Assembly: GCF_004010195.1 (NCBI RefSeq)
Contig: NW_025213788.1
Location: 1-36,000, forward strand
DNA length: 36,000 bases
DNA from: Chiloscyllium plagiosum
Lineage: Eukaryota
Direction of reading: 5' to 3'
A program made the translations under genes and the position numbers. The notes beneath the pieces were generated by a model. It had not been told where the DNA came from and searched no databases. It was given only the letters and a program-made list of their open reading frames with translations. Within the stretch, counting starts at the first letter, position 1, and each line of letters begins with the position of its first letter. Below are positions 35,677-36,000 of this stretch, piece after piece.

Positions 35677-36000
35677 CCAAACTCCCTTTCTCGCCAAACT
35701 CCCTTGCTCACCAAACCTCCATACCGACAAAACTCCTTTACTCACCAAACATCCATACCAACCAAACTCCCTTACTCACCAAAACTCCATACTAACCATA
35801 TTCCCTTACTCACCAAACATCCATACCGACCAAACACCATTACTCACCAAACCTCCATACCGACCAAACTCCCTTACTCACCAAACTCCCTTACTCACCA
35901 AACCTCCATACCGCCCAAACTCCCTTACTCACCAATCTCCCTTACTCACCAAACCTCCATACCGACCAAGCTCCCTTATTCACCAAACCTCCATACTGAC
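35543..36000. repeat. Diverged 17-bp tandem repeat with two monomer types, A = AAACCTCCATACCGACC and B = AAACTCCCTTACTCACC; 27 monomers visible, running off the window end
   Basis: It parses exactly into 17-bp monomers from 35543 with no indels and 0-3 substitutions per monomer. The order is ABABABBABBABABABABABBABBABA. The + strand is strongly C/A-rich and almost free of G. Confidence 0.96.

Noticed and set aside
1533..35795. Other ORFs of about 11,000 aa: (RCGTWPVTCSAP)n, (MACDLLCSPLWD)n and (HRPCPTAGSRAS)n
   Set aside because: They follow automatically from a 36-bp unit that has a stop codon in only one of six frames. They start and end at or near the array edges with no independent gene signals.

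Overview
Eukaryotic genomic DNA, probably from a cartilaginous fish (shark); this is inferred from the look of the interspersed repeats and was not checked against a database. Bases 1-680 hold decayed retroelement debris: a minus-strand CR1-type LINE reverse-transcriptase fragment between two short, oppositely oriented fragments of a probably Penelope-derived repeat. Bases 680-1530 are AT-rich unique sequence ending in a strong-looking 3' splice acceptor (AG at 1388-1389). About 94% of the window (1534-35542) is one tandem array of a 36-bp unit, CACAGGCCATGTCCCACAGCGGGGAGCAGAGCAAGT, with 943 full copies plus one partial copy from 1569. Variant copies are confined to the first 16 units; about 927 apparently identical copies (33.4 kb) follow. 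The array ends abruptly against an unrelated, diverged, C-rich 17-bp two-monomer satellite (35543 to the window end). The five ORFs of about 11,000 aa are mostly an automatic consequence of a T-poor unit whose length is a multiple of 3. Only one of them (GHVPQRGAEQVT frame) is also open through the unique flank from the splice acceptor, and it has some synonymous variation, so a giant repeat exon is a testable but unproven possibility. I found no recognisable intact gene, RNA gene or CRISPR array.
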